This document shows, one piece after another, positions 1 to 8,600 of a stretch of 64,000 nt of DNA. Position 1 is the stretch's first letter, and the number at the start of each line of letters is the position of its first letter. Made by a program: the position numbers and the translations under genes. The DNA lies in the UHGV virus genome UHGV-1366828. One strand, 5' to 3'. The notes below the pieces were generated by a model. That model saw only the letters and a list, made by a program, of their open reading frames with translations. It was not told the DNA's origin and did not search any database. The stretch is from a virus.

Positions 1-2349
1 GGGACATTCTGTAGCCTGCCGTAACCGAGCTACCATTGACAAAATGTTTGCTGTAGACATATCTACTTTGTCGACCTGGTCAACAATACCTGCTTGAATG
101 TTGGAGTAGAATGTTTCCTGTGTGGGGTTCATTTCTACAATCTGCGTAATTATTGTCTTTTCTGGGAGGTCAAGAAGATCTTTCGTTCTTCTTAGTGAAC
201 ACTCGTTAAGCTGTTCCTTTAACGTATCAACATTTCTGTAACCTACAAAATCGTTGTTGAAGAACCCTGTATAGTTACAGTAGTAATACTTAAAGTTACT
301 AAAACTGCAATGTTCCTTACCAATCCACTTCAATGGAATGTAAGCATCAAGAGGACTATTAAGAAGTAACGTTCCCGTTAAAGCTACTCGATACTTTGCA
401 GAAGTTAACTTCAGAAAATTCTTAGACTGAACAGCTGTAGGATTCTTACAACGATGGACTTCATCAATGATAATGAGGTCGAACTTATTTGCGCCTTTAT
501 TGATTCCTTTTACAACATTTGCATCTCTTAAAGTTTCAATGTTTGTTACAACAAAGAATTCATCAATGGTCCTGTTTAGATCAGCAACTCTGTCATTCAC
601 ACTTCCGATTGTGAATTTACCAGATTTTGTAATACGTTGACCTAATATGTAACAACTTTCCTTAGTATGTTTTTCAATTTCTCTTTTCCAGTTGAATTTA
701 AGGTTGTTAACACCACAAATAATTAAACAGTGCTCAATCCCTTCACGCTTTTTCAGTTCGAGAGCCAAGTAAAGCATCTGCAACGTATTATGTGTTACAC
801 AGCACCCTTCGATTAGATACGTCTTTGAAGGGCTGTCAACAGTAATACATCGTCCAACTTTCAAAGTTATGGGCTCAATTTTAGCAAACCGCCTTCTCGG
901 ATTACCTCCATTGCTTCTTGCTCTTAACAACTCTTTCTTACGTGGCAGGGTTACAAACAAGGAAGGGTCGGCTACACGTATGGTTAGACTATAGGACAAT
1001 CCTGTACACTTCCCGTTATATTTAGCTTGTCCTACATGTTTATGACATATTCCTCCTAGGGACTCTACAATTTCACGAACATCGTCACACAATTTCTCAG
1101 AGACAGTTGAGTAATCTAAGTGATTATCCTTAGCAGCATAACCATCTGTGTCAAACAGTCCTCGAAGAACGTCCATTCTAACTTCAACAGTGTTGTACTT
1201 ATAGACATCAGGAATAAATTTGGTGTGAGAAGTACAACCAAACAATCCCAGGTCAAGAAGGTCTTGATGCAAGGGATTTCCAGCTTCTCTTCTGTACGAC
1301 CACCTAGACCCGGCATATAAACTGTTTTGATTAATACTATATTTTATTTCGTCCAATTTTTTATACATAAGATTAGTATTATCTGTCGGCAACCCTAGAT
1401 ATCTGCACACCTCTTTACCTGACCCAATTCTAACGCCGTCCGCATACCATACGTAACCTCTGTTTGTAATAACTTGTCCCTCTTTCTGGCATATTCTATA
1501 GGATATTGGGGCGCACTTTTTCAACTGTAAATCTTCGGGAAGGTTTTCCCTTACTTTGTTTACAATATGTTCATCCACAGTTGTAATATCAATGGATTTT
1601 GAGATGCTACCGTCACCAAGTAAGACCCCTAACAAATAGGGTTGAATTGGGACATTTTGATGAACAAACTGAATGGGTTTTGTTAGGGGCACATAGTAAG
1701 GCGTTTCTTTTGAGTCAATACGTCTGTAAGATTTTCTACAATCATTCTCAAGAAACCACTTAGTAGGAACAACTCTTCCGTCGGATAATAACCACAAATG
1801 GTCTTCGCAACAGTCAACAGTTAAGCCATCTGTGAATGTAACTCTGTACATATTCAGGTTATCGTGGTCATACACTGCTAACACTTTGCAAGGATTGCCC
1901 TCTTTGTCTATAACAAAATCTCCTACTTTTAATTCTCCCATTGTGGTTTTACCCGTAGGAGTATACACACTAGTATCTAAACTAACGGCTTTTCCAAGAC
2001 CGGGTGCGTCAAGAAGTAGCCATTTATCATGAGACAGGCCAAATTTTATCCCGTCGGCTTGATATGGAAACGGAGTTGTTTTAAACTCGCTAAGTTGAAC
2101 ATCTTTAACAGGATGTTTCTTTTCATCAGGCTTCAACTTTAACTCAATATCGTCAAAAACATTAACACTATTTATAATTGAAGCAAGGTCAGTAACAGGG
2201 ACTTCCCACATCTTACTTTTCTTGTCATAGTTAGCTACAGTAACACTGTTTTTAAGTGCTTCTATAATGTCTTTGTTGTACTCAAAGCTAACATACAGAG
2301 AAGAGGTGCCGGGAACCTTGCTGTTTAATTTTTCTTCAATCGTTATCAA
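1..2349 (-). CDS. SNF2-family (DExH) DNA helicase, partial (3' end beyond window start), interrupted in-frame by an intein; probable TTG start about 2349 after an AAGGAG site
   Basis: I hand-translated the minus strand from 2349 down to 421 and it is continuous with no stops. N-terminal part reads ...PYQADGIKFGLSHDKWLLLDAPGLGK (SNF2 motif I). After the intein comes TLQMLYLALELKKREG..., then DLIIIDEVHRCKN (motif II, DEVH) and LTGTLLLNSPLD (motif III). The ORF track lacks it because the stop lies outside the window. Confidence 0.8.
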   Translation of the reverse strand, partial: MITIEEKLNSKVPGTSSLYVSFEYNKDIIEALKNSVTVANYDKKSKMWEVPVTDLASIINSVNVFDDIELKLKPDEKKHPVKDVQLSEFKTTPFPYQADGIKFGLSHDKWLLLDAPGLGKAVSLDTSVYTPTGKTTMGELKVGDFVIDKEGNPCKVLAVYDHDNLNMYRVTFTDGLTVDCCEDHLWLLSDGRVVPTKWFLENDCRKSYRRIDSKETPYYVPLTKPIQFVHQNVPIQPYLLGVLLGDGSISKSIDITTVDEHIVNKVRENLPEDLQLKKCAPISYRICQKEGQVITNRGYVWYADGVRIGSGKEVCRYLGLPTDNTNLMYKKLDEIKYSINQNSLYAGSRWSYRREAGNPLHQDLLDLGLFGCTSHTKFIPDVYKYNTVEVRMDVLRGLFDTDGYAAKDNHLDYSTVSEKLCDDVREIVESLGGICHKHVGQAKYNGKCTGLSYSLTIRVADPSLFVTLPRKKELLRARSNGGNPRRRFAKIEPITLKVGRCITVDSPSKTYLIEGCCVTHNTLQMLYLALELKKREGIEHCLIICGVNNLKFNWKREIEKHTKESCYILGQRITKSGKFTIGSVNDRVADLNRTIDEFFVVTNIETLRDANVVKGINKGANKFDLIIIDEVHRCKNPTAVQSKNFLKLTSAKYRVALTGTLLLNSPLDAYIPLKWIGKEHCSFSNFKYYYCNYTGFFNNDFVGYRNVDTLKEQLNECSLRRTKDLLDLPEKTIITQIVEMNPTQETFYSNIQAGIVDQVDKVDMSTANILSMVARLRQATECP
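787..1989 (-). mobile_element. Intein (about 401 aa) with LAGLIDADG homing-endonuclease domain, inserted in helicase P-loop between GLGK and TLQ
   Basis: Hint block A AVSLDTSVYTPTG..., block B DCCEDHLWLL, LAGLIDADG motifs LLGVLLGDGSIS and LRGLFDTDGY, C-terminal VTHN followed by Thr (+1). Removing it restores canonical GLGKTLQ. The first residue appears to be Ala rather than Cys/Ser. Confidence 0.75.
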
Positions 2350-2457
2350 ACAATTTATCTCCTTTTATAAGGGGTATATAAGAAAGGTAGCTGACAAAGG
2401 TAACCTAACCTTTCAAATAGAAGAAAATGTCAGCTACCCCCGTTGCGTCGTCAAACA

Positions 2458-2772
2458 TCAACTGATACGCCATTTATAGTCGTAATATTTCCGATGAAGG
2501 TTTCCTTTAGATTTAGTTTCCTCGAAATCAATTCTCCGAACACACTTATGAGACATCTTCTTGTGATAAGGGCTACCATAGTAATACTGTTTAAGATACT
2601 TTCTGTTGTAATAGTTGTTCCACCAAACAGCTACAGACGGAGAATCACTAAGCAATCTTTTAAGTTTCTGCTGATATACTTCTTCACGAAAACGACGATA
2701 TTCTGAAGTCCTGTTCAAAAATATTACCCCTTTCTTTATTTCGGGACATGTTTTGCTATCCAACTTACACAT
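2458..2772 (-). CDS. hypothetical protein (104 aa), basic, Tyr-rich
   Basis: Intact ORF in the co-directional gene array; no recognisable motif. The true start may be downstream if the overlapping small ORF is real. Confidence 0.45.
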   Translation of the reverse strand: MCKLDSKTCPEIKKGVIFLNRTSEYRRFREEVYQQKLKRLLSDSPSVAVWWNNYYNRKYLKQYYYGSPYHKKMSHKCVRRIDFEETKSKGNLHRKYYDYKWRIS

Positions 2773-2861
2773 CTGATACCAATAAGAATCAAGCAGAGAT
2801 AAGAAACAATTTCATTCTCTACTAGTGCCATCAGTATAATCAGAAGAAGGCTGGATAACAT
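2736..2861 (-). CDS. small hydrophobic peptide (41 aa, MLSSLLLIILMALVENEIVSYLCLILIGIRCVSWIAKHVPK)
   Basis: ATG 7 nt downstream of TAAGGAGTG; single predicted TM segment. It is below the 60-aa ORF-track cutoff and overlaps the annotated start of the 104-aa ORF. Confidence 0.3.
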   Translation of the reverse strand: MLSSLLLIILMALVENEIVSYLCLILIGIRCVSWIAKHVPK

Positions 2862-2890
2862 TTTAAACACTCCTTAAAAATAATGATATA

Positions 2891-3196
2891 TCAATCTTCT
2901 GGGAGTAGAATTTTATCCGTGGCTAATATAGTTGTATAATCTTCGTTGAAATTATGGTCTGTATCTTCTTTAGCACTAAAACTAATCTTTGCGCTTATTC
3001 TGAATGGAGTATCACAATAGTTACATGTATAACATTCTTCCGTGTCTATATCTGTTCCGTAAACTTCTAAAATCTTATGAGTGTCTCCGGATCTTTCAAT
3101 ATAGTTAGCCTTTCCAAAAAAAGCTGTAGGTAAATAGATTTCTTGTGCCAAATATTCTGCACCACAACGTGGGCAAGTTATAACTGTTCTTTTCAT
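2891..3196 (-). CDS. zinc-ribbon protein (101 aa; CPRCG ... CNYCD)
   Basis: Two CxxC pairs; AGGAGC 9 nt upstream of the ATG. Confidence 0.55.
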   Translation of the reverse strand: MKRTVITCPRCGAEYLAQEIYLPTAFFGKANYIERSGDTHKILEVYGTDIDTEECYTCNYCDTPFRISAKISFSAKEDTDHNFNEDYTTILATDKILLPED

Positions 3197-3224
3197 TCTA
3201 TAAGCTCCTGTTTTCTACAATAAT

Positions 3225-3253
3225 ATTCTATTATATATAGATACTGAAATCAA
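3225..3253 (-). promoter_or_regulatory. sigma70-like promoter (minus strand): -35 TTGATT, 17-nt spacer, -10 TAGAAT, about 25 nt upstream of the 3196 start
   Basis: Read directly on the minus strand in the AT-rich 265-bp gap. It follows the terminator of the upstream late operon. Confidence 0.4.
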
Positions 3254-3329
3254 CTTGAAATTTCTTAATTTCAAAATATATAATTTAATACTATTATTTG
3301 TTAATTTTATATTGTTATTATTTGTCCTA

Positions 3330-3390
3330 ACTTAGTTAAGAACAGGCTGTTAACTTAGTAAAGAACAAGCCGTTTACTTAGTTAAGAACT
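3330..3390. repeat. Three direct repeats ACTTAGT(T/A)AAGAAC with 23-24 bp spacing (iteron/operator-like)
   Basis: Copies at 3330-3343, 3353-3366 and 3377-3390 in an AT-rich intergenic region between two transcription units. Confidence 0.6.
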
Positions 3391-3404
3391 TATGTTTACT
3401 TTCT

Positions 3405-3445
3405 ATACAACAAAATGAGGACATCCATTACAGATGCCCTCAAGT
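3405..3445 (-). terminator. Candidate rho-independent terminator ending the long structural operon
   Basis: Minus-strand RNA GAGGGCAUCuguaauGGAUGUCCUC (stem with one mismatch) followed by AUUUUGUUGU; lies 20 nt past the stop at 3462. Confidence 0.45.
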
Positions 3446-3461
3446 AGCGTGTATATTTTAG

Positions 3462-3992
3462 TTATTCAATAACTCCGCCGTCAATAACTGACAGGTCAAG
3501 TGAGTCTTTAGAGAACCGAATCTTACTTTCTTCGGGAACTTTCCAACTTCCGTCGTTATCTAGTTGCGCCAACTTAAGGGTCTTTACAACACCTGAATGT
3601 TGTGCTGTATACTCAAGGGCATTGTCAATTACAAGGCCTGTGTAAAGATTATTGTCGTCTTGCCCCCACAGTTCGTTATATACAAGACCGTCGTCAGCTG
3701 TTGCTGAAACTAATTCTATATGAGCATATACACTACCAGAGGTGTAGGTAGTTCCTAGCCCGATAGAACTTACAGGGTCTTCAATACGGAAATAATATCC
3801 AAATAGATTAAATTCTAGAGGCGCATCATCTGTTAATACATCTACATCGGATATGACGAATCCGTCTAAATCAATTAGTTTGTTTGTAATACCAACAAGT
3901 GCTTGTTCTGACATCAGCTTAGCAAGGGGTTTACTCCCGCCACGTCTTGTTGCTGGGAATACATTTATTTTGTTTGAAGTTATCGTTGCCAT
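3462..3992 (-). CDS. hypothetical tail/baseplate-associated protein (176 aa)
   Basis: Last ORF of the tail module; no motif recognised. Confidence 0.45.
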   Translation of the reverse strand: MATITSNKINVFPATRRGGSKPLAKLMSEQALVGITNKLIDLDGFVISDVDVLTDDAPLEFNLFGYYFRIEDPVSSIGLGTTYTSGSVYAHIELVSATADDGLVYNELWGQDDNNLYTGLVIDNALEYTAQHSGVVKTLKLAQLDNDGSWKVPEESKIRFSKDSLDLSVIDGGVIE

Positions 3993-4002
3993 TTATTTCT
4001 CC

Positions 4003-4515
4003 TTAGCCTTCATCTGGGTTTGTCATTCTCATTGCCCATTCAATTATAGCATTTACACCAGGGACAATTCTTGACAACTGTTCTGCTGGAATTTCTAGTC
4101 TTGCCAAATCTCTTTTTCCTGTTTTATCTTCTGTGTCCGTCACTAGATATAACATGAACACATCTGTAGAATCAACAGGAACAGCGGCGTATAACATATC
4201 GCTTGAGATTACCGCTGTAAAGTTAGCAACAAATCTTCCTTGATTGTCTACCTTCCAGCTTGCTCCTGTTAACGGAAGTCTATTTATTGTTAAATAGGAC
4301 AGGAAGTCATTGGTACTGCCAGGTACTAGCTTTCTTACGTCAATGTACTTCGGAATGTCACAATCCCCTCGGTAGTTTCCGCTCATTATTCTTGCAAAAG
4401 ACTCAAACAAAGCAGGCAGTCCTTCATTGTGGGACTGGAAGGAGAATACTCGGTCCTTTATTTTTAATTTTACATTAACATTTCCATTGTACCAAGTTTC
4501 AGTTATATTTTTCAC
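4003..4515 (-). CDS. hypothetical tail protein (170 aa)
   Basis: Intact ORF, tightly packed with its neighbours. Confidence 0.45.
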   Translation of the reverse strand: MKNITETWYNGNVNVKLKIKDRVFSFQSHNEGLPALFESFARIMSGNYRGDCDIPKYIDVRKLVPGSTNDFLSYLTINRLPLTGASWKVDNQGRFVANFTAVISSDMLYAAVPVDSTDVFMLYLVTDTEDKTGKRDLARLEIPAEQLSRIVPGVNAIIEWAMRMTNPDEG

Positions 4516-5624
4516 TTCGTTCTCCGATCTGGATCTTCCAATCCGTAGGCTTGTAGTATATATCTTGCAAAATTACACTCTTCCCATACACCGTTTAACT
4601 GTAAGTAGTATTTTCCCTCACAGTATACTAGAGAGATTTGTGGGAGACCTAGTTGTGCTTTCAGTTCAATTGTTTTTTTACGAGAAGTCCTTCTTGAACG
4701 AGGAATTGACGGAACAGTTCCCTTGAAATCAATTCTTCCAAATTCTAAGTTTCCATTCTCAGCATCTATTCCAGTTACAATAACAGGCTCTCCCCTGCCC
4801 ATAGCATCGTTTACTATTGCTACGGTATACAACTTTTCTGTAAGAGTATTTATGTAATTTTCTGCGTCTTCCAGTTTGGTGTAGTATCCAACAAATCTTG
4901 GGCTGTTGTAACTTGTTGTAGAAATGACAGGGGCAGTGTTTGCTGCACCCACACGGTATTTAGTTTCCGCATTTGACATCCCTTGAGGAGTTCCCCTTAC
5001 TTCAGCATTCAAGTTATCCGAAACAAAGATTAACTCTGCGGAGTCTACATTATACAATACAATATCGGGAAGTTCGACGTTCTTATCAAATTCTATGTAG
5101 TAATTTATACCGGCAGGCAGAATATAGCGAAAAATTTCTTCTAGTACTGTAATGTCGGGTTTTGTTGAAAATGAGTGTATTTTTACTACTAAGCTGTTGT
5201 TTTCTGGAAATTTTCCATTTGCTAACACACAAGGCATTGCTTCAGAAAAAGGTTTACTGTATGGGGTTTTTAAGTAGTAAACTTCCAAATCAGAAGAAAC
5301 GGAATACATTCTTAAGAACAAGTATAACGTTTCTTTTATTGCTTTTAACGACCCTTTATTCTTTACTAGGATCGGGAAACATTCTAGAACTTTACGGAGT
5401 TTTTCGTCGTCTATTTTCTTTTCAGTAAAGAAGCCTAATTTAGTTTGTAGTAGTTGTAATATACTAGTTCTACACTGTTGCGTATCTATCAATTCTACAA
5501 TTGAATCCGTATCGAATTTCATTCCATTGAATACACAATCATATAAACGAGACAAAAGCTGAAAGTCTCTTGACTCCTCAGTGTAGATCTGAGGAGTCAT
5601 TTCTTGTACATTTATTATACTCAT
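4512..5624 (-). CDS. baseplate protein (370 aa), occupying the position of P2 gpI / T4 gp7-like wedge component
   Basis: Overlaps the upstream 1524-aa gene by 1 nt and follows the W/J-like genes; call is by synteny only. Confidence 0.4.
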   Translation of the reverse strand: MSIINVQEMTPQIYTEESRDFQLLSRLYDCVFNGMKFDTDSIVELIDTQQCRTSILQLLQTKLGFFTEKKIDDEKLRKVLECFPILVKNKGSLKAIKETLYLFLRMYSVSSDLEVYYLKTPYSKPFSEAMPCVLANGKFPENNSLVVKIHSFSTKPDITVLEEIFRYILPAGINYYIEFDKNVELPDIVLYNVDSAELIFVSDNLNAEVRGTPQGMSNAETKYRVGAANTAPVISTTSYNSPRFVGYYTKLEDAENYINTLTEKLYTVAIVNDAMGRGEPVIVTGIDAENGNLEFGRIDFKGTVPSIPRSRRTSRKKTIELKAQLGLPQISLVYCEGKYYLQLNGVWEECNFARYILQAYGLEDPDRRTK

Positions 5625-8600
5625 TATCTCTTACCTGCTATATAGATTGAAGTTTTGTCGGAAGAGTCAAACTGACATATTGTGAACTTGTTATAGATGT
5701 GATTCGTATTTAGGAAGGAAGCAGCTTCGAGAGGATTTGCAATCAACTCATCGTCATCTACTTGATATGTGTAGTTGAATATGTTGTCTACATCAAATCT
5801 TGGAATCAACGTTAACATACGTTCAAAATACTCTTCGCTAATACTGTCAGGATGCGTATACAAGAACGGGTTCTGAAGCGTTATTGTAACTTCTTCTGTT
5901 GACATTGTTCTGGTAACGGTTAACTGATGATTGCTCGTAATAGTATCGTCTGTAACTTCAAATGTTAAGTAATATGTACGTTGTCCCTTCAAATCAGTTT
6001 GTGTTGAGTTAAGAGAAGTTAGATTTTCTCCATCAAACTGTATTGTCAACGAATCATTGTCAGGGAACTTATTTGTATTACTAAACGGAATCAAGTATCT
6101 TCCCTTAGGAAGAATGAACTGAATTGTAGCTGTTTTTCCGGAAGCTCCCGCAACCAATTTAATCTTAACATCGTCTTTTCCATATACAACAGTATCTGTG
6201 GAAAGTTGCTTCTGGTAGACAAGAAGATTCATATAACGTCTATTTCCTTCGCTGTCTACAATATAGGTAGGAAGTTTATCCGAACTACCATCAGAATCAA
6301 TAGACATTGAAGAAATAAGAGCTGTTTGATAATAGTTATTGGACTCTTTATCTGCACCCGTTATTACATAAGAAGAAAAATCAGAAGCATTTGCTGTTTG
6401 GAATTCAATGGTCTGATTTGACAGGAGTACTCGTTCTGTGTCCGGACCAACCTTCAGGTTTAACAACGATTGCGCATTCCAAGAGACAACATTTCCACTA
6501 CTATTCTGAAGCTCCATCTGAGGTAGAAACACCCAAGCGTTATCTTCTGGGCTCTGGTACCCGATTGTAAATCCTTGTAATGTCAACGAAGTTGGGTCAG
6601 TTGTATTCTCTGCGTAGGTGTATGTAACAACTACTGTTGCGCCATTCGGAATAACACCTGTATCAACTGTGCAGGTTTGAGCTCCTTGATTGAAGGTATA
6701 GTTGGTAACTGTTACGGCACCTTCCCCTGTTGTCGTATAAACAACGGACACAATTCCTGTAACACTTGTTTGAGTAAATGTTATTGTATTGCTTGTACCG
6801 TCAACCCAGGAATTAACTGTTTTAGATGTTGTGTGTGGAGTTACATTTGATCCTGACTTTACACCGCCTCGATTGAATACTCTAGACCAAGATGCAAGAT
6901 TGTCATTCACAAGCCTGAATTTTGTTCCTGCATTCAATGTGTATATCTTATTCTCTGTTAACTCTACATATCCATTTGTTGGAATTTCTTTCCAGTAGTT
7001 AGCAAGAGCAGATGCGCCAGAGTTTAAGATAACAGAAGAATCTAGAACTTTAACTCTCCACATATTTATTTCTGTGTTAGGCTCTACAACGTGAACTCTT
7101 GTTCCGGAACCCAGAATTGACATCTCGCTCAGGTCAGCATTTGAATATATGAAATACTCTCCTGCATCTAATAACCTGTCGTGTGTTGTATCATTTCCGT
7201 GGTTTACGGGAAATTCATAATACTGTAAATCTTCAGTTGTTTCGTTTAGTATCCAGTAACAATAACAACCATCAGAAGAGTTGATAGTAACTTCATTTAT
7301 TTTCTTGATGACAAGAGTTTTTGTGCCTGACAAGATATTTGCAGCAGAATTCAAGTTTAGACCAACTGCACTTGAAAGATCTGCTAGGTATCCCATATTG
7401 TCCGTACTGGTGTAATTATTCGGGCTCAAGTCTGTTTCTGACTGTAAGAAAGCTCCTCCAACAGACGTATTACTAGAGGTCAGTTCAAATGTAGGACAGA
7501 CGATATGACCTTTACCATAACTAGCAAATCTGTAGTAAGCATCTTTGTTGTCGCTATCTTTCCAGTACAGGAACAAATACTCATTTGGGAGTAACTGATA
7601 GTTTGTATTAGCGTTTATTACTTTACTAGAAGCATTGGGTGTATAGAACTCAAACTTAACATAGTTTGAATAACTTGTTGCATCTATCAGGTTTGGTGAG
7701 TAGAACTGAATGCTTTCATTGTCTCTGAGTGTATACTCATTTGAAGTGTTACTCACAGCTATGTCAACATTAGTTCTTACATATTTAACATCGTTTACTT
7801 CATATTTATCTTGTGCTTCATTGTTTGGACGGTTGCTGTTGTAAGTCTGGTCAAAACGATGTGTGTATTTATTTCCGGAAATGATTAACGGAGTTTTTCC
7901 GGCAAGTATAGACTTAGCATATATCTCATCTTCAAACTGTGTCTTATAAGAGATACGTGCCGTAATTTTGTCACCAGTTACAATATTTGACCCTTCAGTC
8001 GACCAATAAGTAATAACAACAGGAACTCCAGTAGATGACGGAGACGGTAAAGTAACAACTTTATTACTAAAGGTTGATCCCGATAACTCAACTCTACTAC
8101 GGGTAACACTCTCTATACGATTTACTGCGTAAGCTACAGTGAACTGTGTTTGATTTGCTGTTGCAATAAATGTCTCTTCATACTTGAAGTAGATACCATA
8201 ATCTGTTAAATTAACATTTGTTGTGTTTAGTTTCCAGTTTGGACTACTATAAACAAACGTAATAGGCTCGTAGTTTGTCTCGCCTGCTTTCCGCATAAAC
8301 ACTTGAGGGTCGGCAATAGGAACAGACTCGTTCGTAAACTGATATGATATGTCAACTTTATCTTCTGGGGTGTTGATTGCTACTTCAACAAATGGGTAGC
8401 CTGTGTCAACTAGATTTTTATCGTAATACACAGCATATGTAGTAAACTCTATATTTGCCATGTTTACATCTTTTATTCTTGCATCAGAAGCTTGAATAAT
8501 TTCTTTTACTTTTTCCAGTGTTACTTCTGACCCAAAATCAAGTTCTTTTGAACTCAACTTATTATACAGGGCGGATTTTATAGTTCCCATCATGTCAGAA

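Noticed and set aside
1-2349. No large ORF in the six-frame track over the first 2.3 kb made me consider stop-codon reassignment (TAG/TGA recoding) or a non-coding region.
   Set aside because: Hand translation of the minus strand is continuous in the standard code from 2349 to 421. All other large genes are also intact in the standard code. The ORF is missing from the track only because its stop codon lies beyond the window edge.
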